Assembly (NCBI GenBank): GCA_947302275.1
Contig: CAMYUW010000010.1
Coordinates: 8,661 to 72,660, forward strand
Direction of reading: 5' to 3'
DNA: 64,000 bases
Origin: an uncultured Prevotellaceae bacterium
Lineage (GTDB): Bacteria > Bacteroidota > Bacteroidia > Bacteroidales > Muribaculaceae
The notes beneath the pieces are model-generated. The model did no database searches. It was not told the DNA's origin and saw only the letters and a list, made by a program, of their open reading frames with translations. Positions 51,388 to 61,103 of the stretch are shown here, in pieces. Position 1 is the first letter of the stretch. Each line of letters starts with the position of its first letter. Both the position numbers and the translations under genes were made by a program.

Positions 51388-51438
51388 ATCCTCTCCTTTG
51401 TTTACTTATTACACTCCTATTTCCCAGAAGCCTAAAGC

Positions 51439-53370
51439 CTACTTCAACGGTTTCTGATTTTTCTTCAGTTTCAGGTTCTTATAGCTCGTCTGGTTTTTCT
51501 TCACCTTAACCTTGGTGGTGATATAACGGTGCTCACCTCCATAGTACAAATCAATCTTGTACTTGTCCTTCGGCAGATTGGTGAATACAAACACGCCATT
51601 ATCCAAATTGTCGGTCGTGTAGGTTCGGCACAGCGCGCCACGGCCATTATACAGGCGAATCAATGCGCCGTCAATAGGCAACAGTTTGTCCTCGTCAAAC
51701 ACGCGGTCATCCTCATCCACGCGCTCGATGTCGGCCCAGCGGACCGTTCCTGCAATTACACCGTTCTTGAACTTTCCCTTGCGGCCGAAGTACTCGTCAA
51801 TGCCCAGCGACTGGTTCCAAGCCTCCAGCCAGCAGTAGCCATCATTCAACAGTCGTTCACGTTCGGGCAGGTAGTCATGGAATGATCCTTCGCTCAGGAA
51901 ACCCGGCAGTTTGTTGAAACGCAGCACACCCAGGCCCACCTTGTAGCCCCAGTCATAGAAAGACCAGTCTCCACGGCTGCGTTCCTTGTGGGTCCACACG
52001 GCCAACGCGTTTTTGGCGGCATACTTCATCACCAGGTCACTCAACTTGAGACTTCCCTCCACGGCTTCTTTTCCGTCCCAGCCGCGATACAGGCCCAACG
52101 GGAAATTGATACGCTTCTCAATACCCGTAGCGTTGCTATGGATCGACAGGAAAATATCTGCTCCGCTATTTGCAGCCAGGGCGACAATCTCAAACAAGTC
52201 AAGATCGTCCTCGGTATAGTTGGTTTTGCGTGAAATGGCAGTCTCATAGCCCTTATTCTTCAGAATCTCCACCAGCGCCAGGCCCTTGGTGAGGTTGGAG
52301 TTGGATTCGTAGTAATGTAGGGTGTCCTGCTTGCCGATGACCCATGTGGGCACGTGGCGATCATCACTGTCGTGGCCTCCATGACCCGGATTGATAAAGA
52401 CTCGGGGCAAATCCTTACGGCTGATGGGATTCTTTATTTTCTCGGTCTTGCCCTTGCCGACGCCCATCACGGGAGGCATGGCGGCAGCTATATCCAGTTC
52501 CATTTGCTTCACCTCACCGCTGTAGAGTATCGTATAAACCACCTTGCCACCTGCTGTCATGGGTTGTACAGCACGATCCTCACGGTTGGAGATAGGCTTG
52601 CACACCTCACCATCAACCGACAGAAGCCAGATGCGTGACCCATTAGTGCGTGTATTGCCGGCATTACTCATGGCAACGATATAGTCGTCATTATACCAGC
52701 TCGGCATGAGAAACTCTCCCAGGTCGGCAATGACCTGACCATTAAGGTCGCAAACAAACAACCCCTTTGAGGCCGCCTCAAACAATACCTTTGTGCCATC
52801 GGGAGACAATGAAGCCCACAGGTAGCCGTTACTCTCTTGAACAGGTTGAAGCACACGTGTCGAGCCGCCCTCGTCAACCAGATAGAGTTCATCGCCTCGG
52901 GTATAGCAGTAGGCACCCACTTGGCCCACGTTGCGATACACCTGCCGCTCGCCATAGATGACGACTCCATGGGTAGCATGCAGCGGCTGCACACGGCCAT
53001 GCTGGGCCTTCAGCACTACTTGGTCATTTCCAGTCAAGGGATCATAACAGTGAGCCGTACGGTATAACAGGCCGTTCTTCTTGCGCTGCTGGGTGACATA
53101 GTACACCTTCCCATCGCCACCGATGATGGCATCAAATCCGGGATATCCCGTCGTGGCGACCGTGGTAACGCCACCGGACACAAGGTTTTTCAGCATCAGG
53201 CTAGTGCCCTCGGTAGGTGAATAGAGCAGCCACTGCCCGTCAGCACTGACCTGTGGGAAAAAGCCGCAGCTGTCCACCAGCGTTTTCACGCTACCCTGTT
53301 TCACACCCACAGCATCACTTCCCAGCGCCCACAGGCACATGATCGTCATTACCAAAAAGAGTCGTTTCAT
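51439..53370 (-). CDS. Fusion of a TolB-like beta-propeller and an Amidase_3 domain
   Basis: The N-terminal half parallels 50497..51387. The C-terminal half has NPGHGG, YES, SIHSNA and LSEGSFH and a Lys-rich tail. Confidence 0.9.
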   Translation of the reverse strand: MKRLFLVMTIMCLWALGSDAVGVKQGSVKTLVDSCGFFPQVSADGQWLLYSPTEGTSLMLKNLVSGGVTTVATTGYPGFDAIIGGDGKVYYVTQQRKKNGLLYRTAHCYDPLTGNDQVVLKAQHGRVQPLHATHGVVIYGERQVYRNVGQVGAYCYTRGDELYLVDEGGSTRVLQPVQESNGYLWASLSPDGTKVLFEAASKGLFVCDLNGQVIADLGEFLMPSWYNDDYIVAMSNAGNTRTNGSRIWLLSVDGEVCKPISNREDRAVQPMTAGGKVVYTILYSGEVKQMELDIAAAMPPVMGVGKGKTEKIKNPISRKDLPRVFINPGHGGHDSDDRHVPTWVIGKQDTLHYYESNSNLTKGLALVEILKNKGYETAISRKTNYTEDDLDLFEIVALAANSGADIFLSIHSNATGIEKRINFPLGLYRGWDGKEAVEGSLKLSDLVMKYAAKNALAVWTHKERSRGDWSFYDWGYKVGLGVLRFNKLPGFLSEGSFHDYLPERERLLNDGYCWLEAWNQSLGIDEYFGRKGKFKNGVIAGTVRWADIERVDEDDRVFDEDKLLPIDGALIRLYNGRGALCRTYTTDNLDNGVFVFTNLPKDKYKIDLYYGGEHRYITTKVKVKKNQTSYKNLKLKKNQKPLK

Positions 53371-53404
53371 ATCCTACTATCTATTTGATTTACATTTCAG
53401 AAGG

Positions 53405-53412
53405 CAAATTTA
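53405..53412 (-). promoter_or_regulatory. -7 promoter element for the propeller/amidase operon
   Basis: TAAATTTG about 35 nt upstream of the ATG at 53370. Confidence 0.55.
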
Positions 53413-53542
53413 CATAGAATTATTGGAAATCATGTAACTCTGATTAAGAAATCACTAGCACTTAACCCGCAAAGACATAATATCTATTCGGGATTTCAAA
53501 AGGATTTTTGTAATCTCACCTTGAAATCAGGCAAGAACAATT

Positions 53543-53574
53543 AGGAGGCACCATGGTAACCCACAGTGCCTCCT
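53543..53574 (-). terminator. Hairpin ending the atp-nuo run
   Basis: AGGAGGCAC...GTGCCTCCT stem about 105 nt after the nuoN stop. Confidence 0.6.
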
Positions 53575-53678
53575 TCTCTAACATGAAACAAATCTTCTTC
53601 TGTTCTGGTTATGCTAAATGATATCAGAAGTATAGTATATTTCGAGATTTCAGTACGGCCACTAAAGCCTAACACCTA

Positions 53679-55163
53679 TCACTGGATAGCTGCGAACATA
53701 GCGCTGATGGCATCCACCGCACCATTGATATAGGCATAGATGCAGCTCACCAAGCCGATGAAGATGATGCCCAGCACACACAGGATGAGGCCGAGACGCT
53801 CAGTCCAATGGCTCTTGAACGTGGGAATCACGCAGTCGTCTTGGCGCAGGAACATCGCCTTGACTACCAGCAGATAGTAGTAAAGCGAGATGATGGTGTT
53901 GACCAACGCGATGAGCACGAGCACGTAGATGGCCACTGAGCCCTGATGACAGGCGCCCACAAAGATGAAGAACTTGCTGAAGAAGCCTGCAAACGGGGGT
54001 ATACCACCCAGCGAGAACATCGCCAGCATCATTGTGAAGGCCAACCAGGGATTGGTCTTGAACAATCCGTTGTAATCATCCATCGTAACACGGCCCGTCT
54101 GGCGCTCAATCGCAGCAATCACGCCAAAGGCAGCAAGGTTGCTGAAGATATAAACCAGCACGTAGTAAATCATCGACGACATGCCCATTACATTCACGGC
54201 AATGATACCGAGCATGATGTAACCAGCCTGGGAAATCGACGAGAACGCCAAGAAGCGCTTCAGGTTGCGCTGACGGATGGCGAACAAGTTACCCAGCGTG
54301 ATGGTGAGCACGATGAGCGCATAGAGCATCCACTCCCAAGCCTGGGAATAAACCGAGCCAAACACCTGCACCAGAATCACCAGGAAGGAGAAGGCTGCAG
54401 CACCCTTGCTGATAACCGACAAGTAGCTGGTCACAGCCGTGGGTGAGCCCTGATAAACGTCGGCAGTCCACAAGTGGAAGGGGACCAGCGAGAGTTTAAA
54501 GCCCACACCAGCGATAACAAATGCTAACGCGGCAATCAGCAAAGCCGAATGGTTGCCGATGAGCGCGGTAGCAATGTCCTTGAAATAGAGCGAACCGCTC
54601 ATACCATAGACAAACGAAATGCCAAGCAGGAATATCGCCGATGAGAAGATGGCGGTGAAGATATATTTGGCAGCAGCCTCATGCGACTCGTAATAGCGTT
54701 TCTCAAATGCGGCCAAAGCTGCGATGGGAAGCGAAGCGGTTTCCAAACCGATGACAAACAGCAGGAAGTGGCGAGCCGAGATCATGAGGAACATGCCGAA
54801 GAGGGTCAACAGCGTCAACTCGTAGAACTCACCACGGCGAACACTGACAAAGTCGCTGTTGGTCCACTTCACGGCTTGCAGGAGCACCAGCACGGCACCC
54901 ACATTCAGGATGTTCTTAGTCACCCACGTGGCCGTGTTGGATTCAAACATACCACCAAAAGCCTCTCCCACTCCAGCGGGCAGGCAGAAGCAGTATATCG
55001 TGTAGAGCGCCATCATAATGACCGTGAACACGGGCATGTAGCGCTGAGTGCGATCAGGCATGAAAGTGTCGTAGATGAAAACAAGCAGGAAAACCAGCAA
55101 CAGGCCTATCTCCTGCGGCATCAATAAGAATTGTGAATAATCCATCATATCTATCTTATGCAA
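53679..55163 (-). CDS. nuoN: NADH-quinone oxidoreductase subunit N
   Basis: GFKLSLVPFHLWTADVYQGSP, KRFLAFSSISQAGY and GIPPFAGF motifs. Confidence 0.95.
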   Translation of the reverse strand: MHKIDMMDYSQFLLMPQEIGLLLVFLLVFIYDTFMPDRTQRYMPVFTVIMMALYTIYCFCLPAGVGEAFGGMFESNTATWVTKNILNVGAVLVLLQAVKWTNSDFVSVRRGEFYELTLLTLFGMFLMISARHFLLFVIGLETASLPIAALAAFEKRYYESHEAAAKYIFTAIFSSAIFLLGISFVYGMSGSLYFKDIATALIGNHSALLIAALAFVIAGVGFKLSLVPFHLWTADVYQGSPTAVTSYLSVISKGAAAFSFLVILVQVFGSVYSQAWEWMLYALIVLTITLGNLFAIRQRNLKRFLAFSSISQAGYIMLGIIAVNVMGMSSMIYYVLVYIFSNLAAFGVIAAIERQTGRVTMDDYNGLFKTNPWLAFTMMLAMFSLGGIPPFAGFFSKFFIFVGACHQGSVAIYVLVLIALVNTIISLYYYLLVVKAMFLRQDDCVIPTFKSHWTERLGLILCVLGIIFIGLVSCIYAYINGAVDAISAMFAAIQ

Positions 55164-55187
55164 TTTTTATCAGGTTAAACACTTTCA

Positions 55188-56717
55188 TTAAATCATGGGC
55201 AAAGCAGCCTGCAGGGCCTTGACAACGGGCTCAAAACTGCTGCTGATGATGTTAATAAAGAAGTTGGGGAAGCAACCGATGGCAGCCACAGCAAGTATCA
55301 GCGTGGCTGTTGAGAGGCGCTCCTCCCAGCTGGCGTCGGTCAACGAGCGGTGATGGTCATCCTGTACCTCGCCAAACAGCAACTTGGCAACGACGCGCAG
55401 GATATAAACCGCCGTCACTACAATCGAAGTGGTCGCCATGATGGTGAGCACACGGTGGAACAGGTCAGTATGCTGGAACGAGCCGAAGAAGATGGTCATC
55501 TCGGCAGCGAAACCGCTCAGACCAGGCAGACCCAACGATGCCAAACCAGCAATCACATAGCCCACACCCAGGTAAGGCATGATGTGCATCATACCGCCCA
55601 TGTCGCGGATATCACGCGTGTGGGTACGGCCATAGATCATACCGATCAAGGCGAAGAACAAGGCCGTCATCAAGCCGTGCGAGAGCATCTGCAACACAGC
55701 ACCAGTCATTGCGGTGGTGTTGAACATCAGAATGGCAAACAGCACCATACCGCAGTGGCTAACCGACGAGTAAGCGTTGATGTACTTAAGGTCAGTCTGC
55801 ACACAGGCGCTCAACGCACCATAGACGATGCTGAAGCCCGTCAGCAGCAGGAAAATCCATGCCAGCTCGTTGGCAGCAAACGGCATCAGGTAGATGGCGA
55901 TGCGGAAGCAGCCGTATCCACCAAGCTTCATCAGCACACCGGCGTGGAGCATCGACACCGCGGTGGGCGCCGAGGCATGACCGTCGGGAGACCATGTGTG
56001 GAACGGGAACATGGCACCCAGCACGCCAAAGCCGACAAACGTCAGCGGGAACAACACATACTGCCAGCTGTGCGGGATCGCGTCATTATGGGCGATATCC
56101 AGAATGTTCATCGTCAAGGGCTGACCCTCGGGAGCCGAGTGGAAGTAGATACCAATCAGGCCGAGCATCAGGAAGGCCGAGCCACCCATCAGCATCAGGG
56201 TCAGCTTCATGGCGCTGTAGTTCTTGTTGCCGCTGCCCCACACACCAATGAGCAGGTACATGGGAATCAGAGCGACCTCATAGAACATGAACATCGTGAA
56301 CAGGTCGATCGAGATAAAGAAGCCAAACACACCCGTGGACAGCAGGAAGAACCACATGAAGAACTGACGGGGCAGCGGGTTCATCTTCCACGAGGCGAAG
56401 ACGCCGGCAAACACGATGAATGCCGACAGCAATATCATCACTACGCTGACACCGTCAACGCCCAACGCCAAGTGGACATTGAACGGGGCATACCACAGTA
56501 CGTCACTGCGCAGAATCATCTCACTAGTATCACCACCGGCACGCGCATCAAGGAAAATCTTGACAAGCATGGCAGCAAGCACCATGAGTACACTGGCACC
56601 GACAACGGCAACGGTCCTGATGGCCTTGATACCTTGGTTGCGGCACAGGGCCAGGCCTCCAAGCGTCAGCAGAGGCACGATCACAAAGTAAATCAGTATA
56701 TTATTGAAAAGTTCCAT
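55188..56717 (-). CDS. nuoM: NADH-quinone oxidoreductase subunit M
   Basis: PFHTWSPDGHASAP, MKLGGYG, AYSSVSH and GLPGLSGF motifs. Confidence 0.95.
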   Translation of the reverse strand: MELFNNILIYFVIVPLLTLGGLALCRNQGIKAIRTVAVVGASVLMVLAAMLVKIFLDARAGGDTSEMILRSDVLWYAPFNVHLALGVDGVSVVMILLSAFIVFAGVFASWKMNPLPRQFFMWFFLLSTGVFGFFISIDLFTMFMFYEVALIPMYLLIGVWGSGNKNYSAMKLTLMLMGGSAFLMLGLIGIYFHSAPEGQPLTMNILDIAHNDAIPHSWQYVLFPLTFVGFGVLGAMFPFHTWSPDGHASAPTAVSMLHAGVLMKLGGYGCFRIAIYLMPFAANELAWIFLLLTGFSIVYGALSACVQTDLKYINAYSSVSHCGMVLFAILMFNTTAMTGAVLQMLSHGLMTALFFALIGMIYGRTHTRDIRDMGGMMHIMPYLGVGYVIAGLASLGLPGLSGFAAEMTIFFGSFQHTDLFHRVLTIMATTSIVVTAVYILRVVAKLLFGEVQDDHHRSLTDASWEERLSTATLILAVAAIGCFPNFFINIISSSFEPVVKALQAALPMI

Positions 56718-56751
56718 TTGATATATCCTTTCTATTTTGTTAGACCGTTGA

Positions 56752-58749
56752 TTACAAGATTACACATATCATAGTGATGGCAGCCAACAGCAGGGCACCA
56801 ATCAGATAAACATACACATAGGCCTGGATGCTGCCTGACTGCAGGCGGCGGATACCATAGGATACCGAGTTGGTGGCATCGGCCATCCAGTTCATGAAGC
56901 CGTCGATGATGTGACGGTCAAACCAAGCAATGGGCACACAGATACCTTGGAAGATGATCTTGTGAGTGATGAACTGATAGAACTCGTCCATGTAGAAACG
57001 CCTGTAGGAAGCGGTCCACAAGCCGCGCATCGAGTTGGCCATGCGCTCGGGCAGCGGGTTCTCCTTGAAGTACATCAACGTGGCCAAACCGATACCCACA
57101 AGGGCAACGGCAATGCTCGAACCGGCAACCGTCCAATCGAGGGCGGTGTGCAAGTGATGGCCGTCCCAGGTCACCAGGTTGTGGAAAGGCACGAAGCCGG
57201 CCACAATCGAGATGCAAGCCAGGATGATCAACGGCAACGTCATCGTCCAGGGCTGATCCTTGGGGGCGTGATGGGCATCGTGAACCTCATGTTTCTTCCA
57301 GAAGAAAATCAGGTAATAGATGCGGAACATGTAGAAGGCGGTCATGCAAGCCACCATCGACATCCACAGACCCCAACCTAAACCGCGCTGATAAGCAGCG
57401 ACGAGAATCTCGTCCTTAGACCAGAAGCCGGCGAACGGGGGAATACCCGCGATGGCCAGACAGCCGATCAGGAAGCAGATGCTGGTGATGGGCATGAACT
57501 TGTGCAGACCGTGCATCTTGTCGTTCTCATTGCTGTGAACGGCATGGATGATAGCACCGGCGCACAGGAAGAGCAACGCCTTGAACATAGCGTGCGTGAA
57601 CAGGTGGAACATCGACGCCATGTAACCCAGACCGTAGCCCTCGTGAATCTCGACAAGGGCATTGTTGTTGGAGCTCACGGCCAGCGAGGTCATCATGAAG
57701 GCAATCTGTGAGATGGTCGAGAAGGCCAGCGCACGCTTAATATCACTCTGAGTGCATGCGATCGCGGCGGCATAGAATGCCGTGAATGCGCCAACAACCA
57801 GAATGATGTTCATAGCACCCTGCACGAGGACATAAAGCGGGAACAACCTTGCCACCAGGAACACACCTGCGACAACCATGGTCGCAGCGTGGATCAACGC
57901 CGAAACGGGGGTGGGACCTTCCATAGCATCAGGCAGCCAGATGTGCAACGGGTACATTGCACTCTTACCGGCACCGCCAATGAAGATGAAAGTCAATGCC
58001 CATGCCATTACCGAGCAACCCATGAACGTGGCGCCGCCGGCAGTGCTGATCGCACTCTGAGCGGTCTCCAAGCTACCCGACATCGTGGGTCCGAAGACCA
58101 ACTTGTCGAAGTCAAAGGTATTGGTGTAATAGCTCAGAATCATGATACCCAAAAGGAAGAACAAGTCTGCCAAGCGGGTAACTATAAAAGCTTTCTTGTT
58201 GGCATGGTTGGCTGCTGGCGTCGAATAATAGAAGCCGATAAGCAGGTAGGACGACAGACCCACCATCTCAAAGAAGATGAATATCTGGAAAATGTTGGTA
58301 GCGACAACCAATCCCAGCATCGAGAACGTGAACAACGCCAGGAAGGCATAATAACGCTGGAATCCTTTCTCAGCGTTGCCGTCATGGTCGCTCATGTACC
58401 CGAGACTGTAAAGGTGTACCATCAACGATACCGTGGTGATAACCACAAGCATCATCGCGGCGATGGGGTCCACAAGAACACCCAGGCGCACCACCAGCGT
58501 GTCGGTAAACGACAACCAGGCGGGATTAGCTACAACCACAGCCTGACGGACACCGTCCACCATCTGGCCTTGGCCACTTCCAAAGAAATAAGTCAGTGCC
58601 ACACCATAGGCTAGGATGGTATCGACCAGCATGGCCAGCACGCCAATCACACCCGTGATTTTTCTACCCATTTTCACCCCGACAAGTCCCAGGAACAGGA
58701 ACATCAGCAGGGGTAATGCTACAACTACAATTGCTAAACTTAATGACAT
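56752..58749 (-). CDS. nuoL: NADH-quinone oxidoreductase subunit L
   Basis: GKSAMYPLHIWLPDAMEGPTPVSALIHAATMV and HAMFKALLFL motifs. Confidence 0.96.
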   Translation of the reverse strand: MSLSLAIVVVALPLLMFLFLGLVGVKMGRKITGVIGVLAMLVDTILAYGVALTYFFGSGQGQMVDGVRQAVVVANPAWLSFTDTLVVRLGVLVDPIAAMMLVVITTVSLMVHLYSLGYMSDHDGNAEKGFQRYYAFLALFTFSMLGLVVATNIFQIFIFFEMVGLSSYLLIGFYYSTPAANHANKKAFIVTRLADLFFLLGIMILSYYTNTFDFDKLVFGPTMSGSLETAQSAISTAGGATFMGCSVMAWALTFIFIGGAGKSAMYPLHIWLPDAMEGPTPVSALIHAATMVVAGVFLVARLFPLYVLVQGAMNIILVVGAFTAFYAAAIACTQSDIKRALAFSTISQIAFMMTSLAVSSNNNALVEIHEGYGLGYMASMFHLFTHAMFKALLFLCAGAIIHAVHSNENDKMHGLHKFMPITSICFLIGCLAIAGIPPFAGFWSKDEILVAAYQRGLGWGLWMSMVACMTAFYMFRIYYLIFFWKKHEVHDAHHAPKDQPWTMTLPLIILACISIVAGFVPFHNLVTWDGHHLHTALDWTVAGSSIAVALVGIGLATLMYFKENPLPERMANSMRGLWTASYRRFYMDEFYQFITHKIIFQGICVPIAWFDRHIIDGFMNWMADATNSVSYGIRRLQSGSIQAYVYVYLIGALLLAAITMICVIL

Positions 58750-58754
58750 AATCG

Positions 58755-59066
58755 TTAGAATTTCAGTTTAGTGATTTGGTTGATGTCCACGTTCTTGGCA
58801 ATGCGGAACACATTGATGATGATGGCAAGGGCAAGGGCCGTCTCGGCTGCTGCAATTGCAATCGCGAACAGAGAGAAGAACATGCCGTCCATCTGGCCAG
58901 GAAACAGGTAACGGTTAAACAACACAAAGTTGATATCGACCGAGTTAAGCATCAACTCCAGCGAGATCATGATGGCAATCATGTTCTTGCGGGTAATGAA
59001 GCCGTAAACGCCACAGCCAAACATGATCAGGCTGGGGATGAGATACATAAATAATGTCAAATCCAT
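58755..59066 (-). CDS. nuoK: NADH-quinone oxidoreductase subunit K
   Basis: SLELMLN and AAAETALALA motifs; three TM helices. Confidence 0.95.
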   Translation of the reverse strand: MDLTLFMYLIPSLIMFGCGVYGFITRKNMIAIMISLELMLNSVDINFVLFNRYLFPGQMDGMFFSLFAIAIAAAETALALAIIINVFRIAKNVDINQITKLKF

Positions 59067-59081
59067 AATCTTATCACATTT

Positions 59082-59597
59082 TTAGCGGCGACGGGCGATA
59101 ACCACACCTCCAATGATACAAGCCAATAACAACACACTGATGGCCTCAAAAGGCAACAGATAGCCGAACTTGTCGGTACTCAACAAGAACTGGCCAATCT
59201 TTTCCATATTGACGTCCACACCACTGCTGAGCAAGCGGCCAGCAAAACCGGCATAGCTGAACAGGCCGTAACCACAAAGGGCGACACCTGCCAGCGCAGC
59301 CGACAGACCGAGCCAGCGGCGGTGGGTTGCCAGGGCATCGGCATTCTTACCGGGCTGTTGAGTAAGCATGATAGCAAACACAAACAGCACCAGGATACCA
59401 CCGGCATAAACGGCAATCTGCACTGCTCCCAGGAACTGGTAGTCCATCTGGAAGTAGATGATGGCTGTTGCAAAAAGCACAAACAGCAGATAGGTTGCTG
59501 AGCGCAAAATCTTGCGCGTGGTAACCGTCAGCACCGAGAACACGATGATGGCGATCGCAACGATAAAGTACAAAATGATGTTACCTACTGATTCCAT
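59082..59597 (-). CDS. nuoJ: NADH-quinone oxidoreductase subunit J
   Basis: QIAVYAGGILVLFVFAIML and PFEAISVLLL motifs. Confidence 0.95.
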   Translation of the reverse strand: MESVGNIILYFIVAIAIIVFSVLTVTTRKILRSATYLLFVLFATAIIYFQMDYQFLGAVQIAVYAGGILVLFVFAIMLTQQPGKNADALATHRRWLGLSAALAGVALCGYGLFSYAGFAGRLLSSGVDVNMEKIGQFLLSTDKFGYLLPFEAISVLLLACIIGGVVIARRR

Positions 59598-60160
59598 TAT
59601 TGTTCTTTGTTTTCTTGAGATTCTTGTTTGGGCTCGCCAGCAGCGGGAGCAGCAGGCTTAGCTGCTGGAGCCGCGGGCTTGGCGGCAGGTGCGGGAGCGG
59701 GAGCGTCGTCCTTCTCGGGCAGGTAATTGAGCTGTTTAACGAGTTTCTCGCGCGTGAACACAGCCTGCTCAAAGTCGTTACTGAACTTGATGGCATTGGT
59801 GGGACATACCTGTACACACAGGCCACAGAAGGTGCAACTGCCCAAGTCATACATGTACTTGTCCAGCTTCATCTTCTTTTTGCCGTCGGGCAGTTCGACC
59901 ATGCGCTTGGTGATGCTGATGGTCTGGTTGGGGCAATTGCGCTCGCAGCTACCGCAGGCAATACACTTGTGGTAGCCGTTATCGTCATAGATGAACTCCA
60001 GCGTAGCCCTGAAGCGCTCCGGAATGTGAAGCTCGGCGCGATTCTCGGGATATTGCTCGGTCACCTTGGGAGTCACCAGCTCCTTACCGGTTACCTCCAT
60101 GCCCTTGATCAGGCTATAAAAGCCTTTGAAGATTGAGACGAAATACTCCTTAATGTTCAT
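59597..60160 (-). CDS. nuoI: NADH-quinone oxidoreductase subunit I (2x[4Fe-4S])
   Basis: TEQYPE, CIACGSCERNCP and CTFCGLCVQVCP motifs; stop overlaps the nuoJ start. Confidence 0.93.
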   Translation of the reverse strand: MNIKEYFVSIFKGFYSLIKGMEVTGKELVTPKVTEQYPENRAELHIPERFRATLEFIYDDNGYHKCIACGSCERNCPNQTISITKRMVELPDGKKKMKLDKYMYDLGSCTFCGLCVQVCPTNAIKFSNDFEQAVFTREKLVKQLNYLPEKDDAPAPAPAAKPAAPAAKPAAPAAGEPKQESQENKEQ

Positions 60161-60196
60161 AATATCAATGTATTCTTATTTTCTTAACATTTCGCT

Positions 60197-61081
60197 TTAG
60201 CGTTCCACTTGACCGCCCAGGATATCGAGCAGCTCGGTGGTGATGCCCTGCTGACGCAGTTTGTTATACTCCAGTTGCAACTCGTCGAGCAGTTCCTTGG
60301 CGTTATCACTCGCAGCCTGCATCGCCATCACGCGCGCACTCTGCTCACTGGCCGCGCTCTGGATAAACACATCCTGGAGCATCGACTTAATGTGCAACGG
60401 CAGCACTGTGTTGAAGATGGTATTGGCATCGGGTTCAAACAGGCAAGGGCTATTGGCGGCACGCGGGTCAACATTATCGGCCAGCCCCTGATAACTCACG
60501 GGCAATAACTGCTCGCGGGCGAACACCTGCTTGCCGGTAGAGATAAAATGCATGTAGAGCATCTCCACCCTGTCAAACGTGTGCTCCAGAAAGCGGGTCT
60601 TCATCAGGTCGGTGAAGGCATACAGCTCCTCGCTGCCACTGCGGGTGTTGAGGGCCACTTTCTCCATCTGGATGTCCTTGCCGACAATCTTCTGGACAGC
60701 CTTGGTCATCTTCTTACCTACAGGAATGACGGTAATCCCGACCTGCTGCCCGTACTCCTTGCGCACCTGCTGGATGCTCACAAGCAGCTGTTTAAAGATG
60801 TTGACGTTGAAGCCGCCGCACAGGCCGTCATCGCTACCGAACACCACCAGTGCCACCCGCTGGACATCGCGGTCAACGATGAGCGGCGAGTCAAACTGCT
60901 GGTCGGTCACCAGCAAGTGGCTGATGACGTGCTGCACCATCTGGCGGTAGGGCGACAAGCGCTGCAACTGGCCAGTGGCCTTACGCATCTTGGACGATGA
61001 GATCATCTTCATGGCACTCGTCGTCTTCTGGGTAGAGGCTACTGAACCTATTCGCGTCTTGAGTTCTCTTAATGTTGACAT
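60197..61081 (-). CDS. atpG: F0F1 ATP synthase gamma subunit
   Basis: KTTSAMKMIS, GLCGGFN, SEQSARVMAM and YNKLRQQGITTEL motifs. Confidence 0.96.
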   Translation of the reverse strand: MSTLRELKTRIGSVASTQKTTSAMKMISSSKMRKATGQLQRLSPYRQMVQHVISHLLVTDQQFDSPLIVDRDVQRVALVVFGSDDGLCGGFNVNIFKQLLVSIQQVRKEYGQQVGITVIPVGKKMTKAVQKIVGKDIQMEKVALNTRSGSEELYAFTDLMKTRFLEHTFDRVEMLYMHFISTGKQVFAREQLLPVSYQGLADNVDPRAANSPCLFEPDANTIFNTVLPLHIKSMLQDVFIQSAASEQSARVMAMQAASDNAKELLDELQLEYNKLRQQGITTELLDILGGQVER

Positions 61082-61103
61082 CTTGCGAACTTAAATTGCT
61101 GGA

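Noticed and set aside
55350..56774. Long plus-strand ORFs (474 aa here; also 62730..63995, 35910..37154, 61797..62708, 44856..45803)
   Set aside because: Antisense shadows of well-supported genes, explained by codon bias; no motifs.
59640..59705. Pro/Ala-rich repeat at the NuoI C-terminus
   Set aside because: Low-complexity tail with no evidence of a separate function.
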